A stretch of DNA of 64,000 bases from Ruminobacter sp. Its GTDB lineage: Bacteria > Pseudomonadota > Gammaproteobacteria > Enterobacterales > Succinivibrionaceae. Numbering within the stretch: the first letter of the stretch is position 1; the number at the start of each line of letters is the position of its first letter. The stretch covers positions 6,144 to 70,143 of the forward strand of contig JAXJQF010000006.1 of NCBI GenBank assembly GCA_036311285.1, read 5' to 3'. Position numbers and translations under genes: made by a program. Below, piece after piece: positions 18,786 to 26,728 of the stretch. The notes beneath the pieces were generated by a model that saw only the letters and a program-made list of their open reading frames with translations, was not told the origin of the DNA and did no database searches.

Positions 18786-19373
18786 ATGGAGCAACAAATA
18801 AACATGGATGTTGTAAAAACTAACAAGAAATTATCTAAGCCTTTAAGTAAAGGTTTTACTATAGTTGAGTTGATTATTGTTATTGTAATTGTAGGAATAC
18901 TTACAACAATAGCTACTCCTTTAATGAATGATTGGGCAAAAGAAACTAGGGTTAAGACATCTGCAGATGATTTTGTTGCATTCTTAGAACAAGCTCGTAA
19001 TGCTTCGTATAAGACAAGTAGTCCTGTAATTGTGCAAGCTATAAACAATGATTGGAATGCTGGTTTTGAGGCATGTGTCAATAATTGTGATAATATTGCA
19101 AATATCGTTGCAACTACTAGGTTAAGAGACACTACAGTTCGTTCAAACCTTGGTGCTAACGCCTTTAATTTTCGAATTAATCCTAACGGTTTTACCTCGA
19201 TGCCTGCAGCAGGGGTTCCAAATATATTTTTCGCGTTTTGTACTTTTGAAGGGAATAATATACACAGAAGAGTGGTTGCATTAGGCCCAATGGGTTCAAC
19301 GACAGTAACTGCATTTAATGTTACTCAAGGAAATGAATGTAACTTGAATATGAATAATGGTGGTGGAAATTAG
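18786..19373 (+). CDS. fimT: Type IV minor pilin, FimT/FimU (GspH-like) family
   Basis: Prepilin motif KG|FTIVELIIVIVIVGIL with Glu at +5, and a GspH/FimT-like C-terminal part. ATG 18786 has GAGG 8 nt upstream; the ORF opens at GTG 18777. Confidence 0.8.
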   Translation: MEQQINMDVVKTNKKLSKPLSKGFTIVELIIVIVIVGILTTIATPLMNDWAKETRVKTSADDFVAFLEQARNASYKTSSPVIVQAINNDWNAGFEACVNNCDNIANIVATTRLRDTTVRSNLGANAFNFRINPNGFTSMPAAGVPNIFFAFCTFEGNNIHRRVVALGPMGSTTVTAFNVTQGNECNLNMNNGGGN

Positions 19374-19374
19374 T

Positions 19375-19977
19375 ATGAAAAGAAATAAAGGATTTTCATT
19401 AATAGAGCTATTAGTTTCGCTATTGGTTGTATCGATTGCACTACTAGGTTTTGCTGCTTTACAAGCATTTAGTGCTAGAACTATAAGATCTTCTGAATAT
19501 AAGAATGTTGGTAATGAAATAACACAAAGCTTTGTTAAATATTTACAGATGTCCCAAGATTCTATACGAGGTGTCAATTGGGCTAATGGTAATATTTTAT
19601 TTTCGTGCGGTAACAATATTCCTAATAATGGAGCAGGTTTGCCTCAAAGGTTGACTGATGGTTTAAATGATTTATGTTCTACAGTTAATGGTGCCGTAGC
19701 GGGTATTGCTGGTAATGATTTGGTGTTGCAGTTTGTAAGGCAAACTCCAGGTGGTTTAAATGATAACTATGCCTATTATTCTGTTAATTTACGTTATGCT
19801 TACAGGCCTTTAAGAGCACAACAGGAAGCAGGTGCTGCAGAATTAGCTGATGGTGATATAACTGTAGTTAGATTTTGTCCATTTGCAGACAATCAACCTG
19901 CTCAAGCGTTGGCTGATCAAGCTGCAGATAGAGTAACAAACAATGTGGTGTGTGACATTGTAGAGGTGAGATTATAA
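19375..19977 (+). CDS. pilV: Type IV minor pilin PilV
   Basis: MKRNKG|FSLIELLVSLLVVSIALLGFAALQ N-terminus is typical of PilV. It is second in the minor-pilin operon. The ORF opens at 19357. Confidence 0.8.
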   Translation: MKRNKGFSLIELLVSLLVVSIALLGFAALQAFSARTIRSSEYKNVGNEITQSFVKYLQMSQDSIRGVNWANGNILFSCGNNIPNNGAGLPQRLTDGLNDLCSTVNGAVAGIAGNDLVLQFVRQTPGGLNDNYAYYSVNLRYAYRPLRAQQEAGAAELADGDITVVRFCPFADNQPAQALADQAADRVTNNVVCDIVEVRL

Positions 19978-20873
19978 TGAACAAGAATAAAGGTTTTGGT
20001 TTAATTGAATTAATGGTCAGTATACTGATTGCTTCAATTATTGTAACAGGTTTGTATTCATTATTAACTTCAAGCGTAGTTAATTACGGTTTTTCTAATG
20101 CTTCTTCAGGGGCTGCAAAGACGTCTAGACAGGTAGGTAATATTTTTAATACTCTTATAAGTCAAGCTGGATTTATGGGGTATAGGATGGTTATGGTTGG
20201 TGCTACTAATCAGCCAATAAATTCGGCATATAATACTGGTTATGAAAATCCAAATTGGAGAGAAAATCAATCTATTATGGGATCTAATAATGGTCAAAGA
20301 TTAAAGATAAGATTTAATGGTAGTTCATTAGAAGATGATCTAGTTAATACAGGTGTAACACAACCAAACGGTTATGTTTTAGATTGTAGAGGTATTGGTG
20401 TACCAAATAATGTTCAACTAGAACTTGAGTTTTTTGTTAATCCTAATTCTGGGTTAGTTTGCAGACAAAATATTTTAGCTGGAATAGGGGCTGCTAATTT
20501 TGATAATAACTTTGATAATCAACAAGAATTTGTTATCGATTCAACAGTTAGACGTTTAGAAGTTTTATATGGCGTAAGTATTCCTACCGGTAATAGTAAT
20601 GGTTATTATAGAGCTGCAGATCTTATTGCTTTAGCGGTAGATTGGAATAAAGTATCAAACATTAGATATGCTCTAGTAACAAGTGTAGATACAGGACAAA
20701 GACTTGTAACTACACCAGATAATACTCAATTAGTTGTATTTCAAAGTAATGAATTTGTTAATAATGATGGTGTTGGTGATATTGTCTTTCAGATTGAAAA
20801 TGGTCGACAAAGTTTTGTTCATAGAATTATGAAAGGTGACATTTCTATTTTAAATCAATACCAATATCTGTAG
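19977..20873 (+). CDS. pilW: Type IV minor pilin PilW
   Basis: MNKNKG|FGLIELMVSILIASIIVTGL. About 300 aa, and its start overlaps the pilV stop (ATAATG). Confidence 0.8.
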   Translation: MNKNKGFGLIELMVSILIASIIVTGLYSLLTSSVVNYGFSNASSGAAKTSRQVGNIFNTLISQAGFMGYRMVMVGATNQPINSAYNTGYENPNWRENQSIMGSNNGQRLKIRFNGSSLEDDLVNTGVTQPNGYVLDCRGIGVPNNVQLELEFFVNPNSGLVCRQNILAGIGAANFDNNFDNQQEFVIDSTVRRLEVLYGVSIPTGNSNGYYRAADLIALAVDWNKVSNIRYALVTSVDTGQRLVTTPDNTQLVVFQSNEFVNNDGVGDIVFQIENGRQSFVHRIMKGDISILNQYQYL

Positions 20874-20884
20874 GAGGTTGCTAA

Positions 20885-21532
20885 ATGGTAAAAAAACAGC
20901 AAGGTGTAGCTTTGATCATTGCATTAATTGTAACTGCTATAGTTGGAATTATCGCAATTTCGTTGTCTTCTACTGCATTTAGAACCCAACGAAGCCAGAA
21001 TATTTCTGTAGGTACTGCAACAAGTCATTCGAATGCTGTTTCTGGAATAAACAGAGCTATTAATTTCTTAAGAGCTTCGGCATTGGAACAGCAACATGAC
21101 GTATTTGTTGTTAAGAGTTTAAACAATAATGATGTAATTATTAATGGTGTTCCTCATCAAATACCTGCTATTTTTAGAGGAGTAGAAGATCAAATTGACG
21201 ATCAATTTGTTAATGTAACTCTAAATGATGGTCAAGATTTATGGTATAGAGCGGCAAACTGGTGGACAAATAATAATTGTTTAAGTTGTGTAAATGTTGA
21301 AGGTGAAAATAATGTTTTCTTCAGAATTGAAAAGCGTGGATGTCGACAACCACAAGGAGCATCTATTGGTCCTAGTGAATCTATTCCTTGCAATGTGCTA
21401 GGTGGACATAGAATGTTTAGAATCACAGCGTTAGGTTCAGATGGTACTCTTGATCAGGATAATCCAAATCCAATAGACGTGTCAGCAAGAACAATTATTC
21501 AAACGCATATAGGAATAAGAGATATTGAATAA
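20885..21532 (+). CDS. pilX: Type IV minor pilin PilX-like (PilX N-terminal domain)
   Basis: [27 protein letters not shown]: the non-canonical hydrophobic N-terminus without Glu5 is typical of PilX_N proteins. Operon position fits. Confidence 0.7.
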   Translation: MVKKQQGVALIIALIVTAIVGIIAISLSSTAFRTQRSQNISVGTATSHSNAVSGINRAINFLRASALEQQHDVFVVKSLNNNDVIINGVPHQIPAIFRGVEDQIDDQFVNVTLNDGQDLWYRAANWWTNNNCLSCVNVEGENNVFFRIEKRGCRQPQGASIGPSESIPCNVLGGHRMFRITALGSDGTLDQDNPNPIDVSARTIIQTHIGIRDIE

Positions 21533-21543
21533 GGAATAGATTC

Positions 21544-21969
21544 ATGAAGAAAGATAAAGGATTTACACTAATAGAATTATTGATAGCGGTAGCTATTGTT
21601 GGTATTTTAGCAGCTGTTGCGGTTCCTGCATATGGAGATTATATTGCAAGGTCTAGAAGAGCTGAAGCAATTTCTAATTTGCAAAATTTAGTAAATACAT
21701 TAGAAAATTGTTACTCATTGAATCAAGATTATCAACTCTGTTTTGGTAATAATGGTGCTTTTACAAATGCTCAATTAAAAGATGATGTAAGAAGATTTTA
21801 TCAAGTTGATGCTACATCAAATGTTAATAGAAATACTTTTAGATTAGAAATTGAAGCAATAGGTAGTCAACGATCACGTGATGCTGACTGTAGATTTTTA
21901 GGTATAGACAGAAACGGCATTAAGTATGGTGGCCCTGGAGCGAATGATATTGATAATAATTGCTGGTAA
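21544..21969 (+). CDS. pilE: Type IV pilin-like protein PilE
   Basis: MKKDKG|[36 protein letters not shown], 141 aa, with a C-terminal Cys pair (DADC...NNC). Confidence 0.85.
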   Translation: MKKDKGFTLIELLIAVAIVGILAAVAVPAYGDYIARSRRAEAISNLQNLVNTLENCYSLNQDYQLCFGNNGAFTNAQLKDDVRRFYQVDATSNVNRNTFRLEIEAIGSQRSRDADCRFLGIDRNGIKYGGPGANDIDNNCW

Positions 21970-21998
21970 TTCTTTTTGTTTTTAACTAAATTATTGTG

Positions 21999-22029
21999 AA
22001 GAAGGACATAAGTAACTTATGTCCTTCTT
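21999..22029. terminator. Bidirectional terminator between convergent pilE and rlmJ
   Basis: AAGAAGGACATAAG-TAA-CTTATGTCCTTCTT: perfect 14-bp stem. Confidence 0.8.
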
Positions 22030-22091
22030 GTTTGGTTATTTATAAAATTAAATGTTAAAAAATATATATTATTATATGAAATAATTTATGA

Positions 22092-22943
22092 TTATACTGG
22101 TTGGTTTAAATATTCTAAACGAATTGATGCTTCATTATCTTTTCTTAAATGATTTAAAAGTTCTTCCATAACATTTTGTAAATCCTCAAATAATCCATAT
22201 GGACTATTTAGAATAATCATACCAGAACCATTCATACCAAATTCTTCTTGCTTTGAAACGTTAAGTTCAGCTAATAGAGTTGATTGTATATTTAGTTTTT
22301 TAAACGAGTTAATGAATGTATAACTTTCGTTATTAGATGTACCTAATACAGGGTACCATATTGCATATACACCTTGCGGAAATTTCTCAATAGCTTTTTT
22401 AACTAGTTTTACAATACCAGTGTAATCGGTTTTCATTTCATATGAAGGGTCTATCAAAATTAAACCACGTTTAATTTTGGGAGGAAGAAGGGCTAGCAAG
22501 CCTTCCTCTGCACTTCTATTATGCACATGCACGTTGTTAAAATAGTGCATGTTGTACTTTAAGTTTTTGTATTCAGTAGGATGTAACTCAATTAAATGAA
22601 TGTCATCTTCTTCATTACACATTTTTGCAGCGATATAAGGAGAACCTGGATAGGTTTCAAATTCTTTTTGAAAGTCATTAGTGTTCTGAATAGTTTCAAA
22701 ATATTCAGGAATAAGCTTATTTAGGTTCTCAGATGTTATAACTTTTGAGATACCATCTGTAAATTCTTCAGTCTTTTGGCTCCAAACACTTTTTAAGGAG
22801 TAAATGCCTGCACCTGAGTGAGTGTCAATGTAGGTCATAGGTTTTTTCTTTTTGTGCAGATACTTTAAAATCATGCATAATATACTGTGCTTTAGAACAT
22901 CAGCATGATTACCTGCATGAAAACCATGTCTGTAACTTAACAT
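22092..22943 (-). CDS. rlmJ: 23S rRNA (adenine2030-N6)-methyltransferase RlmJ
   Basis: Starts MLSYRHGFHAGNHADVLKH like E. coli RlmJ as I recall it, and carries LILIDPSYE and YAIWYPV. AGGAG lies 7 nt upstream of ATG 22943. The ORF opens further upstream (TTG 22988) inside yheS. Confidence 0.9.
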   Translation of the reverse strand: MLSYRHGFHAGNHADVLKHSILCMILKYLHKKKKPMTYIDTHSGAGIYSLKSVWSQKTEEFTDGISKVITSENLNKLIPEYFETIQNTNDFQKEFETYPGSPYIAAKMCNEEDDIHLIELHPTEYKNLKYNMHYFNNVHVHNRSAEEGLLALLPPKIKRGLILIDPSYEMKTDYTGIVKLVKKAIEKFPQGVYAIWYPVLGTSNNESYTFINSFKKLNIQSTLLAELNVSKQEEFGMNGSGMIILNSPYGLFEDLQNVMEELLNHLRKDNEASIRLEYLNQPV

Positions 22944-22959
22944 AAAATCTCCTACTAAT

Positions 22960-24915
22960 TTAATTATTTTGTCTATTAAATTCGTCAACTAAGGTTTGTA
23001 GTTCATCGCTGTTTTCTAACCATTCTATTTCAATTTCTTCTAAATTTCCATTTATAGAATGTAACTCAATTGTTAACGAATTTAGCTTGTCTTTGTTTTC
23101 TGCATCGTAAATAGAACCGTCTGCAAGTAACTCTTCAATTTCTTTTTTACGAGCAGTAAGTTCCTCCATTTTTTTCTCAGCTTTAGTTATTTTATCCTTC
23201 AAAGGTTTAATACTTTGTCTAAATTCGGATTCAAGACGCTTTTGCTCTTTTGATTTGTAAGAACCATTGTTGTTCTTAGAATTACTTTCAGCAGATGTAC
23301 CAATTATAGCTTTGTTTTCTGCTTTTTTAGTTTCTTGTTCAAGCTTTGCTTGCTCTTCTAGGTATTTATTGTAGTCGTCTAAGTCTCCATTAAATTGAGA
23401 TACAGATGAGTTTGCTACAATATAGAATTCGTCGGTTGTCGTTCTTAATAAATGTCTATCATGTGAAACAACAATTAATGTGCCTTTAAATGAAGATAAA
23501 GCTACGACAATTGCTTCACGCATTTGTATATCCAAATGGTTTGTAGGTTCGTCGAGTAATAGTAAATTTGGTTTTTGCCATACTATTAAGGCTAAAACAA
23601 GTCTTGCTTTTTCTCCACCACTAAAGTGTTTTATTTCTTCAAGTGCTTTATCTCCACTAAAACCAAATCCACCTAAGAAAGAACGCAACTCTTGTTCTTT
23701 TACATCTGGACTTAATCTTTGTAGATGTTGTAATGGAGAATCGGTTAATACTAGATATTCTAATTGATGTTGAGCAAAGTAGCCGATTTTTATTCCTTTG
23801 GCGAAGGTTATATTTCCATTTATAGGAGGAATTTCCCCTGCCAGTGTTTTTATGAAGGTTGATTTCCCTGCTCCGTTCTTACCAAGTAAACCAATTCTTG
23901 CACCTGCGACAAGGTTTAGCTTGATACTATTTAATACAACATGGTCGCCATAGCCAGCATTTAAGTCTGACATGTTAACTAAATGAGTTGGTAGTTCTTC
24001 GTTGTCAAAGAACTTAAATGAGAATGGAGAATCAACTTGAGCTAGAACGATTTGTTCCATTTTCTCCATGGCTTTTAATCTACTTTGAGCTTGCTTTGCT
24101 TTTGAAGCTTTATATCTAAATCTTTCTACAAAAGCTCTCATATGGTTTAATTGGTTTTGTTGTTTTTCAAATAAGGCTTGTTCTAGAGCCATTCTTTGAG
24201 CTCTTTCTTTTTCAAAGCTGGAGTAGTTTCCGGTATATGAATTTAATTTTTTGTTCTCAATTTGAATGATATGAGTACATATATTGTCTAAAAAATCTCG
24301 GTCATGAGAGATAATAATTAAAGTACCAGTATATCTTTTTAGCCATCCTTCAAGCCAAATCACTGTATCTAAATCAAGGTGGTTTGTTGGTTCGTCAAGA
24401 AGCAGAAGGTCTGATGGACATATTAAGGCTTTTGCTAGATTTAAGCGCATTCTCCATCCACCTGAGAAGTTTTTAGTTGGTTGGTTGATTTCTTCTTTTG
24501 AAAAACCTAATCCAAATAATAACGCTTCAGCTCTAGATTTTATGGTATATGCTCCAGCATGTTCTAATTGTTCATGAATTGATGCAAGTAGATTTCCATC
24601 ATTGCTATGCTCAGCATCTTCAAGCTGCTTACAAAGGTCTCTATATCTTGTATCACCATCAATAATATAATCTAGTGCAGTTTGTTCAAGACCAGGGGTT
24701 TCTTGTTCAATAGAACTTATTAGCCAATTTTTGGGAATAGTAACTGAACCTTGTTCTAGGCTTAACTTATTTTTTAAAATAGCGAATAAAGTTGATTTTC
24801 CACAACCGTTTTTCCCAACTAATCCAACTCTTTTTTGTGGAAAAATGGTAGCAGATGCTTCACTTAGAAGAACGTTTGTTCCTCTCATTACTTCTATATT
24901 ATTTATATATATCAT
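22960..24915 (-). CDS. yheS: ABC-F family ATPase YheS
   Basis: Two ABC cassettes (GLVGKNGCGKST, LSGGWRMRLNLA, LLLLDEPTNHLD; GLLGKNGAGKST, FSGGEKARLVLA, LLLLDEPTNHLD). They are joined by a linker with a coiled-coil C-terminus and are collinear with E. coli YheS. The first ATG is at 24915; the ORF opens at GTG 24933. Confidence 0.9.
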   Translation of the reverse strand: MIYINNIEVMRGTNVLLSEASATIFPQKRVGLVGKNGCGKSTLFAILKNKLSLEQGSVTIPKNWLISSIEQETPGLEQTALDYIIDGDTRYRDLCKQLEDAEHSNDGNLLASIHEQLEHAGAYTIKSRAEALLFGLGFSKEEINQPTKNFSGGWRMRLNLAKALICPSDLLLLDEPTNHLDLDTVIWLEGWLKRYTGTLIIISHDRDFLDNICTHIIQIENKKLNSYTGNYSSFEKERAQRMALEQALFEKQQNQLNHMRAFVERFRYKASKAKQAQSRLKAMEKMEQIVLAQVDSPFSFKFFDNEELPTHLVNMSDLNAGYGDHVVLNSIKLNLVAGARIGLLGKNGAGKSTFIKTLAGEIPPINGNITFAKGIKIGYFAQHQLEYLVLTDSPLQHLQRLSPDVKEQELRSFLGGFGFSGDKALEEIKHFSGGEKARLVLALIVWQKPNLLLLDEPTNHLDIQMREAIVVALSSFKGTLIVVSHDRHLLRTTTDEFYIVANSSVSQFNGDLDDYNKYLEEQAKLEQETKKAENKAIIGTSAESNSKNNNGSYKSKEQKRLESEFRQSIKPLKDKITKAEKKMEELTARKKEIEELLADGSIYDAENKDKLNSLTIELHSINGNLEEIEIEWLENSDELQTLVDEFNRQNN

Positions 24916-25022
24916 TTTGTATTTATAATTCACAACTTAAAACAGACTATATTATACAGAAAATTAGGTCAGATTGGTTTATTTTGATATATAGGAAAAG
25001 TTTAGAAAGGGGGGTGATAAAA

Positions 25023-25082
25023 ATGAAGTATGTTGAGTGGTGTATATTGAGAGTAAATAAAGAACTTGTTGTTCTATTATAA
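25023..25082 (+). CDS. Candidate 19-codon small ORF (MKYVEWCILRVNKELVVLL)
   Basis: Very strong SD AAAGGGGGGTGAT ends 5-6 nt before ATG 25023. The stop abuts the 25081-25110 hairpin. No homology evidence is available. Confidence 0.25.
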   Translation: MKYVEWCILRVNKELVVLL

Positions 25083-25110
25083 AACTCCTTAGCTTTAACT
25101 AAGGAGTTTT
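25081..25110. terminator. Terminator downstream of pdxT (symmetrical; could also terminate plus-strand transcription)
   Basis: AAAACTCCTTAG-CTTTAA-CTAAGGAGTTTT: 12-bp perfect stem including A/T flanks. Confidence 0.8.
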
Positions 25111-25129
25111 AATTTTAAAAGTAATTTTG

Positions 25130-25690
25130 TTAGATTAGTTTTATAAAATCTTCAAAAATACGTGTATCATTATCAAGCTCAGGATGAAATGATAATGCAA
25201 GTTGGTTTTTGAATCTTGCCGCAACGATGCGTTCATCTATTTTAGCAAGTATTTCAACATCTTTTGCACAAGCTTCAATATGAGGAGCTCTTATAAAGGT
25301 CATTGGAATTTTACCAAGACTTCCATATTCATGTTCTACATGAAAACTTCCTAATTGTCTTCCGTATGAATTTCTTTTTACAGTAATTGGCATAGTTTGA
25401 AGATGTGTTCGGTCGTCGTTAGATATTTTATCTGCAAGTAGAATCAAGCCTGCGCATGTTCCCATTACTGGCATTCCATTACTTATCTGTGCTTTTAGGT
25501 TGTCGAACATATCCAAGTCTTTAATTAGTTTTCCTTGTACAGTGCTTTCGCCACCAGGAAGAATTAAAGCATCGTATGCTTTAAGTGTATCTGACTTTTG
25601 GCGCAGTTCGATAAAATCTATACCTAATTTATTAAGCATTTGCTCATGTTCAGCAAATGCTCCTTGCACAGCAAGAATTCCAACTTTCAT
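25130..25690 (-). CDS. pdxT: PLP synthase glutaminase subunit PdxT
   Basis: Class I glutamine amidotransferase with GTCAGLILL (catalytic Cys) and SFHPEL. Its start overlaps the pdxS stop. Confidence 0.92.
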   Translation of the reverse strand: MKVGILAVQGAFAEHEQMLNKLGIDFIELRQKSDTLKAYDALILPGGESTVQGKLIKDLDMFDNLKAQISNGMPVMGTCAGLILLADKISNDDRTHLQTMPITVKRNSYGRQLGSFHVEHEYGSLGKIPMTFIRAPHIEACAKDVEILAKIDERIVAARFKNQLALSFHPELDNDTRIFEDFIKLI

Positions 25691-26565
25691 TATTTACCTC
25701 TTTCTGCCATTAACAGTTTGATTTCTTGTTCATTGATACCAACCATAGCTTCTCCAAGGTCTTCTGAAAGTTTTGCTATTAGTTTTGCATCTGTGTAATT
25801 TGTTACGGCTTGTACAATAGCTCTTGCTCTTTTTTCAGGATCACCTGATTTAAAAATTCCTGAACCAACGAATACACCTTCTGCTCCTAATTGCATCATT
25901 AATGCAGCATCAGCAGGAGTAGCAACACCACCAGCAGCGAAGTTAACAACAGGAAGTTTTCCATGTTCGTGAACGTAAAGAACTAAATCATATGGAACTT
26001 GTAATTCTTTTGCTTTATTAAATAATTCGTCTTCACGCATTGAAGTAATTCTTGCAATTTCACTATTCATCATGCGCATATGACTAACTGCTTGAACAAT
26101 ATCGCCTGTACCTGGTTCGCCTTTTGTTCTAATCATTGATGCACCTTCTGAGATGCGACGTAATGCTTCACCTAAGTCTTTTGCTCCACATACAAATGGA
26201 ACTTTGAATTTGTTTTTATTTATATGATAGATGTTGTCAGCAGGTGTTAATACTTCGCTTTCGTCAATGTAATCGATTTCGATTGCTTCTAAAATTTGAG
26301 CTTCTACAAAATGGCCAATTCTGCACTTCGCCATAACAGGAATTGATACAGCTTCTTGAATTCCTTGAATCATTTTAGGATCGCTCATTCTAGAAACTCC
26401 ACCAGCAGCTCTTATGTCTGCCGGAATTCTTTCTAATGCCATAACGGCGCAAGCGCCTGCAGCTTCAGCGATTTTAGCTTGTTCTGGAGTTGTAACATCC
26501 ATAATTACGCCGCCTTTTAACATTTGAGCAAGGTTTTTGTTTAATTCAAATCTTTCGTTATTCAT
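25690..26565 (-). CDS. pdxS: PLP synthase lyase subunit PdxS
   Basis: Highly conserved SNZ/PdxS strings: [55 protein letters not shown] and [33 protein letters not shown]. Confidence 0.97.
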   Translation of the reverse strand: MNNERFELNKNLAQMLKGGVIMDVTTPEQAKIAEAAGACAVMALERIPADIRAAGGVSRMSDPKMIQGIQEAVSIPVMAKCRIGHFVEAQILEAIEIDYIDESEVLTPADNIYHINKNKFKVPFVCGAKDLGEALRRISEGASMIRTKGEPGTGDIVQAVSHMRMMNSEIARITSMREDELFNKAKELQVPYDLVLYVHEHGKLPVVNFAAGGVATPADAALMMQLGAEGVFVGSGIFKSGDPEKRARAIVQAVTNYTDAKLIAKLSEDLGEAMVGINEQEIKLLMAERGK

Positions 26566-26613
26566 AATTGGTCAATCTCGTATTAAATAAAAACAGAATT
26601 TAAAATTTGTGTA

Positions 26614-26635
26614 GTGTCAATTATTGACTAGACAC
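26614..26635. promoter_or_regulatory. Candidate PdxR operator in the pdxS-pdxR divergent region
   Basis: GTGTC-AATTATTGA-CTAGACAC, with inner perfect palindrome GTCAAT-T-ATTGAC (26616-26628). A further GTCAAT lies at 26571-26576 and GTCAGT at 26704-26709. The site abuts a TAGACA(26629-26634)-17-TATAAT(26652-26657) promoter facing pdxR. Confidence 0.4.
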
Positions 26636-26728
26636 GTTATATACGGATAAGTATAATTGCATCTGGATATATTTAAATATTCAAAACAAATATAATCAGA
26701 AAGGTCAGTTTGGCATGGAGTTGTGATA

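Noticed and set aside
18650-19132. 160-aa minus-strand ORF overlapping the fimT promoter and 5' half
   Set aside because: It is antisense to a gene with a clear prepilin motif. Its apparent hydrophobic helices are the mirror of the pilin hydrophobic N-terminus plus AT-rich spacer.
24941-24960. LexA-box-like ACAG...ACAG / CTGT...CTGT string near the yheS promoter
   Set aside because: The two halves are direct repeats, not inverted ones. It does not fit CTGT-N8-ACAG.
24855-25022. Long (75-aa) version of the plus-strand ORF ending at 25082
   Set aside because: Its first 56 codons are antisense to the yheS 5' end and promoter, and they lack an SD. Only the last 19 codons, which have a strong SD, are kept as a low-confidence candidate.
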